A stretch of 64,000 nt of DNA. Origin: Felis catus. Taxonomy: Eukaryota. The DNA is taken from the NCBI RefSeq assembly GCF_018350175.1, contig NC_058368.1, forward strand, positions 237,958,001-238,022,000, written 5' to 3'. Shown piece by piece: positions 25,840 to 38,298 of this stretch. The translations under genes were made by a program, and so were the position numbers. Position 1 is the first letter of the stretch. The number at the start of each line of letters is the position of its first letter. The notes under the pieces are model-generated. The model was not told the origin of the DNA. It worked only from the letters and a program-made list of their open reading frames with translations, and did not search any database.

Positions 25840-27550
25840 GGCGGAGCTGAGTGGTTTGTAACGACAAGGATGCCCACTCCTGATTCTTCTCCATCACGCA
25901 CCCACTGGCTGACAGACCCCCACGGCCGCCCCGGACACCGTGCTGCGTCCCTGCAGGGCTCTGTCGGAACATTGGTGGGATCATGAGTGGGGGGACCGCA
26001 GGTGGATTGGAGGCTCCCGTACCTGCTCGAGAACTTGGGGGGAACGCCTGGGAAACCAATAGCTTTAAATATTCAGTTCAAGATACAGGTGAGCCAGAAA
26101 GCTCCTTTGACAAATAACTGTATGTCTTTTGCGAGTACTCAGTCAAAACCCTTGCAAACCAAGCCTAAAATCTAACTCTGCAATTGAAAAATAAAATGTC
26201 GGGCACCTGGGGGGCTCAATCAGTTGAGCGTCAGACTTCAGCTCAGGTCATGATCTCACGGTTCGTGGGTTCGAGTCCCGCGTCGGGCTCTGTGCTGATG
26301 GCTTGGAGCCTGGAGCCTGCTTCGGATTCTGTGTCTCCCTCTCTCTCTGCCCCTCCCCTGCTCTCTCTCTCTCTCTCTCTCTCTCTCCCAAAAATAAATG
26401 TTACAAAATATTTTAAACATTTTTGAAAAATGAAACACAAATTGCTTCACAACCCTGTGAGGGTGTCGGTTAATTAAGGACATTGATCAGGCAGCAGGAC
26501 CTGAACCCTGAAACTTGGAGTGGGGATGTGTGGCCAGGATCCCATGAGGCTGTAAAAATCAATGCCCCTAATTCTGCCCAAACCGCTCTGATACTAAATG
26601 TAGCCCTTCTTCCCCCATCTGAGGGGGTCAGTCTCCCCTTGCCTGGAAAACACGCAAGCACATCTCAGACGTTGACCTTCAGGGGACGCCGACCCACCTG
26701 ACACCCACACCCACGCTCTCTCATTGTTTCCACACCCATAATTCAAGTCCAGGCAGGTCTGGGGCCACAGGGGTCAGCGGGGACAGAGGGTTGCAGAGAT
26801 GAGCTGGATGTAGAGGGAGTGAGGACAAACTGTGATCCCTTGCCACACACCCATGTGCACCAAAAGAATTGCAAGATTTTGCCAATTTATATGGACAGAA
26901 ACTACAGAATGATTGGAGACGGCTCTCAGGATGCTGCCTCTGGGTAGAAGAAACATACACTGAGAATTGAACTCATGAGTTCGCATGCATGCAGCAGCAG
27001 AAACTAAGTGTGTGGTATTGACTCAAGCCACAGGGAGTGGTTCCAACTGCCTGTGCAGGCGGTTAACTGAAACTGTGACCCAAAGGTCCTCTGCGGGGAA
27101 CTGAGCTGAGATTCTAGAACTTCTTTAATAGCCTGTAGAGAAAGGCATCCAGTAACAGGGAGCTGGGATGCTGAGACCTGCACCACCACCCCCCACCAGG
27201 GTGCCCCGTGGACCAGGCTGTCCGTTGAGGGCACCTCCATGGGAGAGGCATACACATGCCTCCCGAGGGGTTCTGCGGTGGCTGGCCCACGGCTGAAGGG
27301 ACAGCGGGGTGTGACAGATCTTACCCCGGGTCAAGGGGAGCATGACCACTCTGAGTAGGGAGGGGTGACCTGGAACGTCCCCAGGTGGGGGCAAGGCGAT
27401 GATGGTCCTCGCAGGAACAGAGCTGTTGTGCACCTGCTGACGGCCCCCTGATTCTCAGCTGTCGAAAGGCTCTAGGAACACGGTTTGGAAGGCAGAGGGG
27501 AGGCAGCTGTCATTACCCTCAGCGTTCAGACGGGGTCACGGACAAATACA
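25840..27550 (+). mobile_element. Class III (ERV-L-related) endogenous retrovirus internal fossil, gag region
   Basis: Broken translations ALNIQFKIQVSQKA, IRQQDLNPETWSGDVW (26483 ORF; cf. LIGKEWDPETWNGDVW), APKELQDFANLYGQK (~26857; cf. TPKEL..F.NLY.QK), GSGSNCL..LTETVTQR and PVEKGIQ (cf. VEEGIQRL) occur in ERV-L gag order. Confidence 0.8.
26201..26420 (+). mobile_element. CAN-SINE inserted in the ERV-L gag fossil
   Basis: gggcacctggggggctcaatcagttgagcg head, (CT)n; imperfect TSD ttgaaaaat at 26184 and 26423. Confidence 0.95.
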
Positions 27551-27559
27551 GGTGTGTTT

Positions 27560-28476
27560 TGTGGAACCCCTCCTTGTCCTCAGCCTCCCCTGTCCCATGT
27601 CCACTTTGTCACCCTGACCGCTGGTCATCCTGGGCCAACATGTCCGGCCACCGAGGTGGCCAGCCACGTCTGACCACAGAGGGGAACGTGGAGGCGTGTA
27701 TGGGAAGCCACGACCTCTGTGGACGCACAGTCCAGTGTCTGCTGCTGGGCGCCAGGATGTGAGACCTTTGGGGACCCTGGGGTGAGATGCATGTTTCTGC
27801 ATGTGTAATTGGGGGAATGGTGTCTGTGGCCAGCAGAATGCTAAGATGACCACCACACGTGGGTCCCACCTTTATGCATCCTGCCCCCTGAATATAGGTG
27901 GCCTCTGGCCAGTGGAGGAGAGCAAAGGAGGTGGGAAGTCAGTCCCCTGGTCATGTTATATTACATGTTATATTACAGGCTGATTAGAAGATGGGAACGG
28001 AAGTTTCTCGGGCTGTTTCAGGGCCTGGAAGGACCATGTGTGGGGAACCCCTGGTAGCTGAGAGCGGTCTCGGCCAACAGCCAGCGAGAGGGTCCTATAA
28101 GCACAAGGAACTGAACCCTTCCAACAACCATGTGACAGAAGAGATGGGAGCTCCCAACAGGTGCCCCGGCCCAGCACCTGGACAGCAGCCTGTGTGGCCC
28201 TGGGTGGACACCCCATGTGGATGGGCCTGCATAGACGCCCTGCACTGACGGCCTGGTGTGGACGCCCCGCGTGGATGGGCCTGCCTGGATGGGCCTGCAC
28301 GGACGGGCCCGAGTGGACGCCCTGCGTGGATGGCCCTGCACGGACAGCCCGGCATGGATGCCCTGTGTGGGTGGCCCAGCGTAGAGGTGAGGTGGCCCAG
28401 CCCTCGGGAGGTGAGTTGAGGATGTATGTTGTGGTAAAGCCTCTAATTGTGTGGTTACTTGCTACCCAGTAATACA
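27560..28476 (+). mobile_element. MaLR internal 3' end plus MLT1(E/F-like) LTR (LTR 27825-28476)
   Basis: ggggtgagatgcatgtttctgcatgtg..ggggg then tgtggccagcagaatgctaagatgacc (cf. TGTGGTAGGCAGAATTCTAAGATGGCC); cacaaggaactgaacccttccaacaaccatgtga; ends gtaataca. Confidence 0.8.
28200..28385. repeat. About 13-14-bp GC-rich minisatellite (GTGGATGGGCCTGC-like) within the MLT1 LTR
   Basis: Repeated gtggatgggcctgc / gtggacgccctgc / acggacgggcccg units. Confidence 0.8.
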
Positions 28477-28719
28477 GGGCTTGAGCCACGGGCCCGGTGC
28501 TGGACACCTAGCGTTAAGAAAAAAAGATTCAAAAATGGATATGATGCTATTGTCAGCAAGGAACATCCGGGAAATACGTGGGGAAATGGTGAAGCTCGTT
28601 AAAGTTCTCCTCCAATTCCATGGGCTTGAGCATCCAGCAGTGACCGGCCTTCCTACAGATCGGCAGCAAACGGCTTCAGAAAACGTAAGGGCCAAACTAT
28701 AGTGCATCGGCACAAAGTA

Positions 28720-29084
28720 GCAGAAGGCATAAAAGTCCCGTGTGGGGGATGTTATACAGCATTTTTCAGGAACTAAAATATATAATAAGTAGTGGGATAG
28801 ACCCACCCGTGACGCAGACGACCCTACAGGATGGAGGGTCAACTTTTCCTGGAGTCTGGTTTTCAGTTTAATGCAATCAGAAACAAAACAAAACAAAAAC
28901 CCACAGGCCTTTCAATAGACGTTTAAAAAACTGATCCTAAAATTCAAATATAAAAGGAGGGACGCCTGGGGGCTCAGTCGCTTAAACGTCTGACCCTTGA
29001 TTTCGGCTCAGGTCATGATCTCAGGGTTCATGAGATCGAGCCCCGTGTCAGGTTCTGCACTGACAGTGTGGAGCCTGCTTGGGA

Positions 29085-29135
<51 letters not shown>

Positions 29136-29760
29136 CCTTGCTCACAGATGTGACTTCTCTCTCTCTCTCTCAAAATAAACAAAAGAAAACACATTTAAAA
29201 TAACAAATATAAAAGGAAACATAAAGGAATAATCAAAACAGTTGAAAGAAAGAAAGAAGGAGGTTTCCCCAGCCCACCATCAGAACTTGTTTTAAATTCG
29301 CAGTAACCACCCGCTGTGGTCCCAGCCCATGGAAGGGAGGGCGTCAGTGGAACAAACAAAATCTGGAAACAGAAACGAACGACAGAGGAAACATCATGAA
29401 TCAGTGAGAAGACGGTGACCCATTCACGAAAGCCTCCCATGGGCAAAAATAAAATAGAATTAGAGCTTTACCTACAGCATACGCCAAGATTGTCGACAAA
29501 CGAAACCGTAAGACAAAATGAGGTGATGGGGAAGGACTCTTCTAGACGTACCGTGTAGATACGATGAAGTGAAAGATGGGCTAAACTTCTTTACATTTCC
29601 GAACGTCTTTATGGTCAGAGAAACATCTTTCTGATCCTGGGGGATGTCATTTGCATCGCGCGTCCCTGAGAAAAAGGATTAATACCCACACAACATGTGA
29701 AGAGCTGTACACAAGTCACTAAGAAGAATGTCAACCACGAGCGCCAAACAGGAAACCGCC
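28720..29760 (+). mobile_element. Old L1M ORF2 3' fragments
   Basis: tttaatgcaatc..aaaactgatcctaaaattc, cagtggaacaaa, aaaggattaatacccac; degraded. Confidence 0.65.
28959..29203 (+). mobile_element. CAN-SINE
   Basis: Long (CT)n; perfect 14-bp TSD caaatataaaagga at 28945-28958 and 29204-29217. Confidence 0.96.
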
Positions 29761-30020
29761 GTGTCCTCCTACGATACGAGTAAGAGGGAGCCGCCCTTTC
29801 CAAACAAATGAGTATTTGAACGCTGATCGTGGCAAACACTCTGGGCTGACAACCCGCGTGGGGGACAGTGTGTGGGGCGTGGGGGTCCAGGGCACCGCCG
29901 GGCACCAGGGCGTCTGGCAGCTCCAGTTCCGGGTAAGTCCCCCGGGAAGACTCGTACCCGATACATGTCCTGTCCTGACGGTCTCCGCAGCGCGGCCATC
30001 ACGTCCCGAGAAAGAAACAC

Positions 30021-30460
30021 CGTGGGGGAGCCTGAACAAATGTCCCCGCTCAAATAATCACTTCCTCATCCCTGGGACCTGTGGGCGTCATTTATATGGA
30101 AAGAGGAGGGTGTTATTTTATTCAGCAAAGGACGTTAAGTTAGAGATCTTGAGAAAAGGGGTTTATTCTGGAGTGTCCAGGGGACCCTGAGTGCAACTGC
30201 CCAGGGGGTCGGGGCGAGGGGACAGACCACAGACAGGAGGCCGTGGGACCAAGGAGGCAGAGCCTGGGAGGATGTGGCCACAAGTCCAGGAGCCCCTGGG
30301 GCCCTCAGAGGCTGGAAGGGGAAGGAAGCACCCAGCCCTGGAGTCCCCGGAGGGAGTTGGTCCCACTGGTACCTTGACGTCTGACTCCTGGCTCCAGACT
30401 CCCACCGCTTTAAGCCGACTGGCCTGTGGTGACTTATTACACCGGCCCCGGAGGTGAACA
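30021..30460 (+). mobile_element. MaLR LTR (MLT1C/D-like)
   Basis: cctcatccctgggacctgtg..tatatggaaag..ttaagttagagatcttgaga..ggaggcagag..gatgtggccacaag..agaggctggaagggg..accttgacgtctgactcctgg. Confidence 0.85.
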
Positions 30461-30759
30461 GTGTCCTCAGCGCCTCCCAGCCAGCACGGGGATGGCCAAA
30501 CTCGGGTGGGTATTTTCCTGCACCCCCGCCCCCCATGTTTCATCAGAATTGTAAAAAAAGCCAAGCCCAGTACCTTCTGTCCATCTTCAGGCATACAGGT
30601 CATTAACGTAAATAACGTACGTGCCTAGTAAGGGTGTACTTGTGATAAATAAAGGTGCAAGCGTGTGGGACCCCGCACACGGCCGGGAGGGGCCGCCGCG
30701 GGGGAGCGGACAGTTCTGGCTCTCAGGAGGCACCAGAGGCCCCCCACTCAGTAAGGACT

Positions 30760-31300
30760 TACTTGCACAAATAAATTAAAAGTCTGATGGCAAATGTGTT
30801 TGCTCCTCTAAGGTGGAGAGCTCGTGGCTGCTTATTATCTATCCTCTGATTTCCTTGTAGTTTTATTTTTTGTTTCCAAATCAGAAAAGTCAGGATAAAC
30901 AATATTAATAATCGTGCCTTCCTTCCAAGCTGACTCATTCCTCCGCAGAGCATTAAAAGCCTCCCACACAGACGTTTTAAAACCACAGCGGCAAGACCCC
31001 GGCTTTCTAATTTTGAGGCCGGGGTGTCAGAACGCGAGCCTGTGTCAATTGACATCTCTCTGCCTAATAGTTTGAACCTATTGCTTTTTCCATGTCCTTC
31101 TAACGCACCATCCGTTTTGCGGTTACGTCCCTGAAAACTCTGATCTCCTATCACCTCTTCCCCATTCTTCTTAACTCTTTAATAATGATCCCGGCAATGG
31201 CATATCAGAATGGAAATTGCTTCTAAAGAACATTGTAATAAATATATGTCAGGCATATTACACAGGATTTGCTTACTTTTGATTTACAAAGACAACATTT
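30760..31300. promoter_or_regulatory. Candidate conserved non-coding element
   Basis: AT-rich unique island with aataaattaaa, taaacaatattaataat (forkhead/homeo-like) and tgactca motifs; inferred. Confidence 0.45.
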
Positions 31301-33335
31301 AATCTAAGAACTCGGAGCTCCGAGTGTTCGTCTTGCGCGTCCGAAGCTCGTACGTCAACGCGCAGCAGAGCAGAGTGAACGTCTCCCTCCTCGCCCATTC
31401 AAAATTCATCCCTGGCCGTCTGCCTCCCAAACAGGGGGTGCGTGTCAGCACCGCAAATGTGTGTCCTGAGCAAATATTGAGTCTAACCCCTGGCGGCCGC
31501 CTCCCTCTGGGCACACGGCATCCGCCGGCGGGTAATTGGGGTCTTGAGGGAGAGCAGCATCTGAGGGGCACCAGCAAACTGGATGGCGGGCGGGGGCCCC
31601 GTGAGAGGTGAAACCTGGGGGGCGGTTTCTGCATGAGGAGCTGCTCTGTGATGTGCGCAGTCAGGTCCGAATTCTGATCGTATTTAGAATATTTGAATGC
31701 GAAGAAATTGACGTGAATGTTGTTGAGACGGCGTTTCCAGCATTATCCCCCGGAGAGACCAGGAGAGAGGCCTGGGCTGCAATCACACGTGCACGCCTCT
31801 CCGCTTTCCGGAGCGATCACTGGGCTTCCTCCTAGGTTTTAATCACACAGTACGAAACGTAGAATTTTGAAGACAGAGGGATGTCTGAAGTTATTGACTC
31901 ATTCCCTCGTTTCACGGAGAAACTGAGGCCAACGGAAGAAACGCCCCTGGAGACCCGCGTTCTCGGGCCTAGAAATCCCCGCAAAGTCGTCGTAACCACA
32001 GCCGCCATCGTGGCAAACCACAGCCTTTGCGATCCTGGATTTTTGCGGTAACTTCCTACCCCATCTCCCTGCCGTCAGGGGCCCCTCGACTCTTACTGCA
32101 ACCACGAGTGTCCTTCTAAGACCAAAGTCTGAACAGAGCTCCTTTGTACTTAAACCTGCCATGGTCCCAAATCATCCCTGACAAGACACAAATGCGAACG
32201 TGGCCCACAGAGCCCTCGCTCCCGTCCAGCACGCGCCTCCCACCGGCCCGCGGTGCTGGCTGAGCGCCCAGCCGGCCAGACCCACCACGTGCCGGCGTGT
32301 CCCCTGCCCTCCCGCATGGCCTGTGCTGATCCCTGCGTCCGGACAGTTTTCCACCCCCACCCCCACTGCTCCCGCCTGACACGACCCCATTCCCGCCCTG
32401 GTCCCACCCCTTCGGTCCGAGGTGTCTTCTCTGATCCCCCAAAGCAGCATCAGGATCAACCTCTGACCGGCATCCCCGCCTCTAGTCAGTCCCCGTCCGT
32501 CCCATCCCCCCTCCCGTGCTATCAGACACAACGTCCGTCCCTCCTGGCCACAGAGGTAGGCCGTGGCCAAGGCCCATCTTGAAGCCCCATCACAGTCTGG
32601 GTTCTGGTCCTTTCCTGGGCTCTCACAGACCTAGGGCAATGGGCTCTCTTTCCCCGGCCTTGGCTTGCTCTGTCTGTGGCCGTGCCTACCTGGGGTGGTC
32701 CCCACACTGCTCGTGGGGGAGAAAGCGGCCAACACGGAAACATAGGTGGAGCCGGGAGAGGGAGAGGGTCCCTGTGCTGCCCCAGCTGTGAGCCCGACTT
32801 CTGTGTTCCCACCGGTCTGTGTTGGCCTTTGTCCCTGTCATCCACTGTCCCCACCACCTGGCTCTTCTCCCTCCGAGACCCCGGAACGGCCTGCCCCGTG
32901 TCCCCACGAGAGCGTCACCCGCCATTGTTCTGAGATGGCCCACCCTTCCTCTGCGGGGTGCCTGGTACACGAGGTGGGCGGTCAGGAAACACTCTCGGAG
33001 AAGAAGAGGCACGAGAGAAGGGTGAGGGCGGGGGGCAGGGAGGGAAGGATCTATAAACACAGATCTGACGACCGCAGCTGGAGGAGACGTCAGGTGTAGC
33101 CTGACGTCACCGCGAACCCATCTTACGCCCACCCTGTCCTCAGCCTCCCGCCTGCGAGAGAGGGTCTCAGAATAAACGGCCTGGGACCCTCCCCAGCTCC
33201 GGCGCGATTTTATACGACGGGAATGAGCTCATCAGGTGAGCTTTCTGCTGCTGGAGGCGCTCACACAGAGACTGGGTGCCTGCCCGCTGGGGACACGGCA
33301 GCCGAGGTTCAAAGTCTGGGTGAGGGCTGGACTGG

Positions 33336-33532
33336 TTTTTTTTTTAAGCTTATTTATTTTGAGAGAAAGAGCATGAGCAGCGGAGGGGCAGAGAGAGAGG
33401 GAGAGAGAATCCCAAGCAGGCTCCGTGCTGTCAGCCCAGAGCCCGACGCGAGGCTGGGACTCAGGACCCTGAGATCATGACCCGAGCAGACAAGAGTCGG
33501 ACGTTCAAGTCACCGAGTCACCCAGGTGCCCC
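33336..33532 (-). mobile_element. CAN-SINE (older subfamily)
   Basis: tatttattttgagagaaag..gagtcacccaggtgcccc. Confidence 0.93.
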
Positions 33533-35682
33533 TGGAAACATTTGGAAATCTCTATCTTCCGAGTGGTTAATAGTAATAAATCTGGGCTGACCATTGTCTT
33601 TCCGGGCTTCAAGTCCCACAACAGCATCTTTTGAAGGAATAAGTGAGAGAGTGAGCCGATCTCAGATTCAGGGCCTCAGGAACACGTCTCTGAAGTCGGA
33701 TGAGGTCATCTCTGGATGTCATCCTCTTTCATTCCGGCAGCAGGAACGGGGTCCACTCTTTAGACGCAGGGTGGGGGGCGAACCAGACACGAGCGGGGCC
33801 TCTGGGGAACGCCCCGTCCCGGGCTGGGTGAGGCAGCCCTCACAGGCGAGGGAAGGAAAAAGGACTCAGCACCTCCCTGCCCTTTCTGCCTCTGCCGACC
33901 TTGCCTCTTCCCTGAAATCAAAGAGTTTTTGTGCCAGGAGTCTCTCCACCTGATTCTGTAAAATTTGGGGGGAAGATAAGATTAGCTGCAGAGAAGTCTA
34001 ATGTAATGACAATTGGATTTAAAAATCAATAAAAGAGGCAGTAAATTTTTACAGGGGATTAAAGTTCCAGAGGGCACAGTTACCCAAACACCCGGGGCTC
34101 TGAGCAGCCTGAACGGTGATCAGCTTGCCACCCCACACCCGGCCTTCTTCGGCTTGGAGCTTCGTGTCATGTGCACAGACCCCCACCACCCCCTCCCCCC
34201 CGGCTACCACACACTGAGCAGAGGGTCTGTGGCATTCAGGGGTCCCGAGGACCCTGCCCGGGAGGGTGTCGAGCTGCGCACAACGGGACGGCCGATTTAA
34301 GATGTGGGGTGCCGATCGAAAGGGTCACCTCTAAACCACACCGGGTGGGACCCCCCCCCCCCATGGAGAGACTCCAGCTGGAGTCTCCAGTCTTCCAGCT
34401 CTCCAACTGGAAAGGGCAAGGCCTAAACCACCCACTCCACCACCTTTTGATGAAATGGTTGTTGCCCCTCACTTGGTCTTTGCGTGGATGGATACGCCAG
34501 GGGACTCTGGTCACGTGTGCTGGGCTTTGCCTCGGATTCTGGTATACAGCTGGTGCTTTGAGCTCAAGTTGAAAGCGGACGCCTCCAGGAGGTGATGGAG
34601 GACCTGCCACTGACCGTAGGTGCTCTCCTGACACTGACAGTGGCCGACATCTATACCGCTGTCCAAGGCTCAGACAGCTTTCTCGCACGTTAGCTCACGG
34701 AATTCTCCCACGGCCGTGTGAGTAAATTGACTTACAGTCACGGCTCCGGCCACGTGTGCGGCCACGGACTGTCTTCCTCCGCAGCCAAGGCGTCTGGTGC
34801 CCCTGAGCCCAGTGGGAGGCGGCCCCTGAGAGGCGCTCCCGGTCCCCCAGGAAGGGTGAGGCTGGAGAGAGTGCACCCCCCACACCTGAACATGGGTAGG
34901 ACCAACGCGTAACCTAAAGGAAGCGGAGGAGGGAAACCAGGCCAGAGGAGAAAGTGAGGGTCCGCGGGGCCGGCTCCTGTGCGGCATTGTCTCGGGGTGA
35001 CTGCAGGCCAAGGAGGTTGTGAAGCAGGGGTGTGGCCCGTGTCCTCCGCTCACACCGCCATCCCGGGGGCCCCGGATCTCGCTGGCGATCCAAGGACGAA
35101 ACCTCGCCACGCAAAGCTGGGGCCAGGAGCACCTGCCCACCCGCCCAGCCACCGCCTCGTCTCCTGCCCGCTACAGGCAGTCAGGCGGCCTCCTGGAAAC
35201 CACAGAAAGACTTCAAAATCAAACCTTTCCCTGGAGAGGTGGGCTCGCGCCTGCCTCCAGCTTCATTCTCGGCGAGAACGCGCGGACTCCTTCCCAGGCC
35301 AATTATTCCTGTCTGAACTTCAAACACCGAGCAACAAAAATTAATTCAATGGGAACCAGCTTGAAACTCGATCACACCGCCAAGAAATACGCCACTGCTC
35401 TGAGATCAATAACACTTAACCCAGGGCGTTTCAGCCGCTCCGACGGGGGTGGGGAGGCGCCCTGCCCTGTGCGGCGGGTCTGGTGGGGCTGGGATGACCC
35501 GGACATACGGCGGCCGCCCCAGGAAGTGAGGACAGCAGTTTCCACGGGAAACAGACCAGCCCCATGGGGTGTGTCCGTGTCCCTCCTCCAGCCGCTGGGA
35601 GGGGGGACAGTTACCACTGTGGAGCACAGCTTTACACACAAGGTCTTTCTCCCCTTGAAGCAGTTACAGATCACACCTTAGA

Positions 35683-35900
35683 GGGGCGCCTGGGTGGCTC
35701 AGTCGGCTAAGCGTCTGACTTCAGCTCAGGTCACGATCTCGCAGTTCGTGGGTTCAAGCCCTGCGTCGGGCTCTGTACTGACAGCTCAGAGCCTGGAGCC
35801 TGTTTCAGATTCTGTGTCTCCCTCTCTCTCTGACCCACCCCGTTCATGCTCTATCTCTCTCTGTCTCAAAAATAAATAAACATTAAAAAAATTTTTTTTT
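35683..35900 (+). mobile_element. CAN-SINE
   Basis: ggggcgcctgggtggctcagtcggctaagcgtctgacttc..aataaataaacattaaaaaa. Confidence 0.96.
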
Positions 35901-35916
35901 TAATCAACTCATTCAA

Positions 35917-36140
35917 GGGCACCCGGATGGCTCAGTCGGTTGGGTGGCCAACTTCAGCTCAGGTCATGATCTCATAGCCCATGAGTCCGTGGGTTTGAGC
36001 CCCACGTCGGGATCTGTGCTGACAGCTCAGAGCCTGGAGCCTGCTTTGGATTCTGTGTCTCCCTCTCTCTCTGCACCTCTCCCACTCATGTTCTGTCTCT
36101 CTCTCTCTCTCTCTCTCTCTCAAAAACAAACATTAAAAAA
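35917..36140 (+). mobile_element. CAN-SINE (second of a tandem pair)
   Basis: gggcacccggatggctcagtcggttggg..(CT)n caaaaacaaacattaaaaaa. Confidence 0.95.
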
Positions 36141-36521
36141 TGTTTACAAATCACACCTTAAAAAAATGCCGTAACAGGACAAAATGTCTGGAAAATCCTG
36201 GAACAAGTAACGCGGGGATCCGTCCAACTGTGGGACACAGGTCATTTTCTATCTCGTACCATCCTTCCCAAGTGATCTCTGGAGTCCTGCCTGGTGGCCA
36301 CAAGGACTGCTCCCCTGCCCACACTTGCTCTGCTCACCATCGGGCCCCAGGCATGCCGCTCCCTTTAGCCATGTGACCGTGAGCCACAAGACAGGGTGTG
36401 TAGAAAGTGCAGAAGGGTTTTGAGCGGTTCCAGCAGTGAGCTGCCCATCCCACAGCAACAGAGGAAGTAGGTGTGTGTTCAAGCACTGCTGAGTCCACCT
36501 GAGCACGTGCCCCAGTCTTCT

Positions 36522-36979
36522 TGTGACAGGTTATTATTCTGTGTCAACTTGCCTGGGCCACCGCTCCCAGATTTTGGGTCAAACATTTTTCTGGGTGTTT
36601 CTGTGAAGATGCTTTTTGGAGGGGATTAACACTGAAAATGGTGAGCTTTGAGTAAAGCAGTCCCCTCCCTACCCTGACATGGGTGGGCCTCATCTAATTA
36701 GTTGAAGGCCTGGAGAGACCAGAGGCTATCCTCCCCAGGCAGGAAGGACTCCTGCCAGCAGACGGCCTGTGGACACGACAGTGCTTCCCTGGGTCTTCTT
36801 CCCACTGTCCACCCTGCAGATTTCAAATTCATCAACCCCCACCACTGTGTGAGCCCATTTTCTAAAGTCTTTCCCTCTCCCTTGATGGATAGATAGATGA
36901 GAGAGAGAAAGAGAGAGAGATACATAGATAGATACATAGATAGATACATAGATGATGATGATGATGATAGGTAGATAAG

Positions 36980-37011
<32 letters not shown>

Positions 37012-37066
37012 CAGATAGATAGACAGATTGATAGGAGTGACCCCACTGGTTTTCAGTCATGTAACA
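36522..37066 (+). mobile_element. ERV-L LTR (MLT2-type) with internal (GATA)n expansion (36886-37032)
   Basis: tgtgacaggttattattctgtgtcaacttg..ctgggtgtttctgtgaagatg..tttgagtaaagcag..tgggtgggcctcatctaattagttgaaggcct = MLT2 hallmarks. Confidence 0.9.
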
Positions 37067-37950
37067 CCCCATGTGGGGGACATTCTGAGTGTCACAGGGA
37101 CTGGGAGATCCTGGCCAGGGCTGGAGGTAGAAACATCCTGCACTGCATGATGGGCATATCCCACCCAAAGCGCCTGGATGCGCTGGGCAAGCAGTGTGGG
37201 GTGGATGATGGGACAGGCCAGAGAACAACAGGCATCTGGGGGGACGGCTAGGCTTTCTCTCCAGGACCCACGTGACTGTGTCAACCATCCTCCTGGGAGG
37301 AAAGATGTCGGAAAGGAAGTCTCCGATAATTGTGAGATGGGGCTCAGAATCACGTGAGCGGGAGGACCCTGGAGGAGGCGCCCCAGGGTGGAGCGCCGGA
37401 GTCCAGGTGAGAGCTCAGAGGGGCCCCTGGGGGACGCGGCGCCGAGGGAGTGAGCGCCTCCGGAAGGGGCGTAAGAAGGACGGTGTGATCAGCAGGCGTG
37501 GCGGGGGGCACGGGAGACGGGGTCAAAGCCAACACCAGCTCAGTTACCCGGCTACATACGCGCCAGTGCAAGGTGGTTCCTTTCACCGAGAAAAACAATC
37601 AGCACAAGAGATGGAACAAGTTTGGGGGAAGCACAGGTTTGTTTTGGGGACGTGTGAAGATGAGTCTAGAAATACCTGTTTCTCGAGGAGGAATCCAGGC
37701 TGGGCACGTCGGCAGGGGAGCGACTGTGCACCTGGTGTGTGTGAACGTCCACAGGTCACTCCAGAACCTTCGTGTCTCCAAACCGCACGGAAGCAGCGGG
37801 ACGCAGGAGCGGCACGTTTTCTCCCCTTCACAGAGCTTTCCAGCAAGAGTCTTGGGTTTATCTGATTTTGTTTGTGCTTTTGTTTTTGTTGAGCGCCTGG
37901 GTGGGCAAATGTAAGCGGGTGCCCCCTCAGACTTGCTGCATAAAGAAGAG

Positions 37951-38298
37951 GGTCTGGAGGTCACGGGAGGGGGAGGGTCTGGAGCTCACAGGGGGAGGAG
38001 GGACTGGAGGTCACGGGAGGTGGTGGGTCTGGAGCTCATGGAGGGAAGAGGGTCTGGAGGTCACAGGAGGGGAAGTGTTTGGAGGTCACGAGAAGGGAAG
38101 GGTCTGAAGGTCACGGGAGGGGGAGGGTCTGGAGGTCACGGGAGGGGGAGGGTCTGGAGGTCACGGGAGGGGGAGGGTCTGGAGGTCACAGGAGGGGAAG
38201 TGTTTGGAGGTCACGAGAAGGGGAGGGTTTGGAGGTCATGGGAGGGGGAGGGTCTGGAGGTCAGGGGAGGGGGGGTCTGGAGGTCACGGGGGGGGGGG
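37951..38298. repeat. 25-bp minisatellite GGTCTGGAGGTCACGGGAGGGGGAG, 14 units
   Basis: Units start at 37951, 37976 ... 38251 (25-bp period) and 38274. Confidence 0.97.

Noticed and set aside
34900..35070. Possible L2 fragments (also about 32200-32400)
   Set aside because: Similarity too degraded to support without alignment
37951..38298. CRISPR-like array
   Set aside because: Contiguous tandem units without unique spacers, in mammalian DNA with no cas genes
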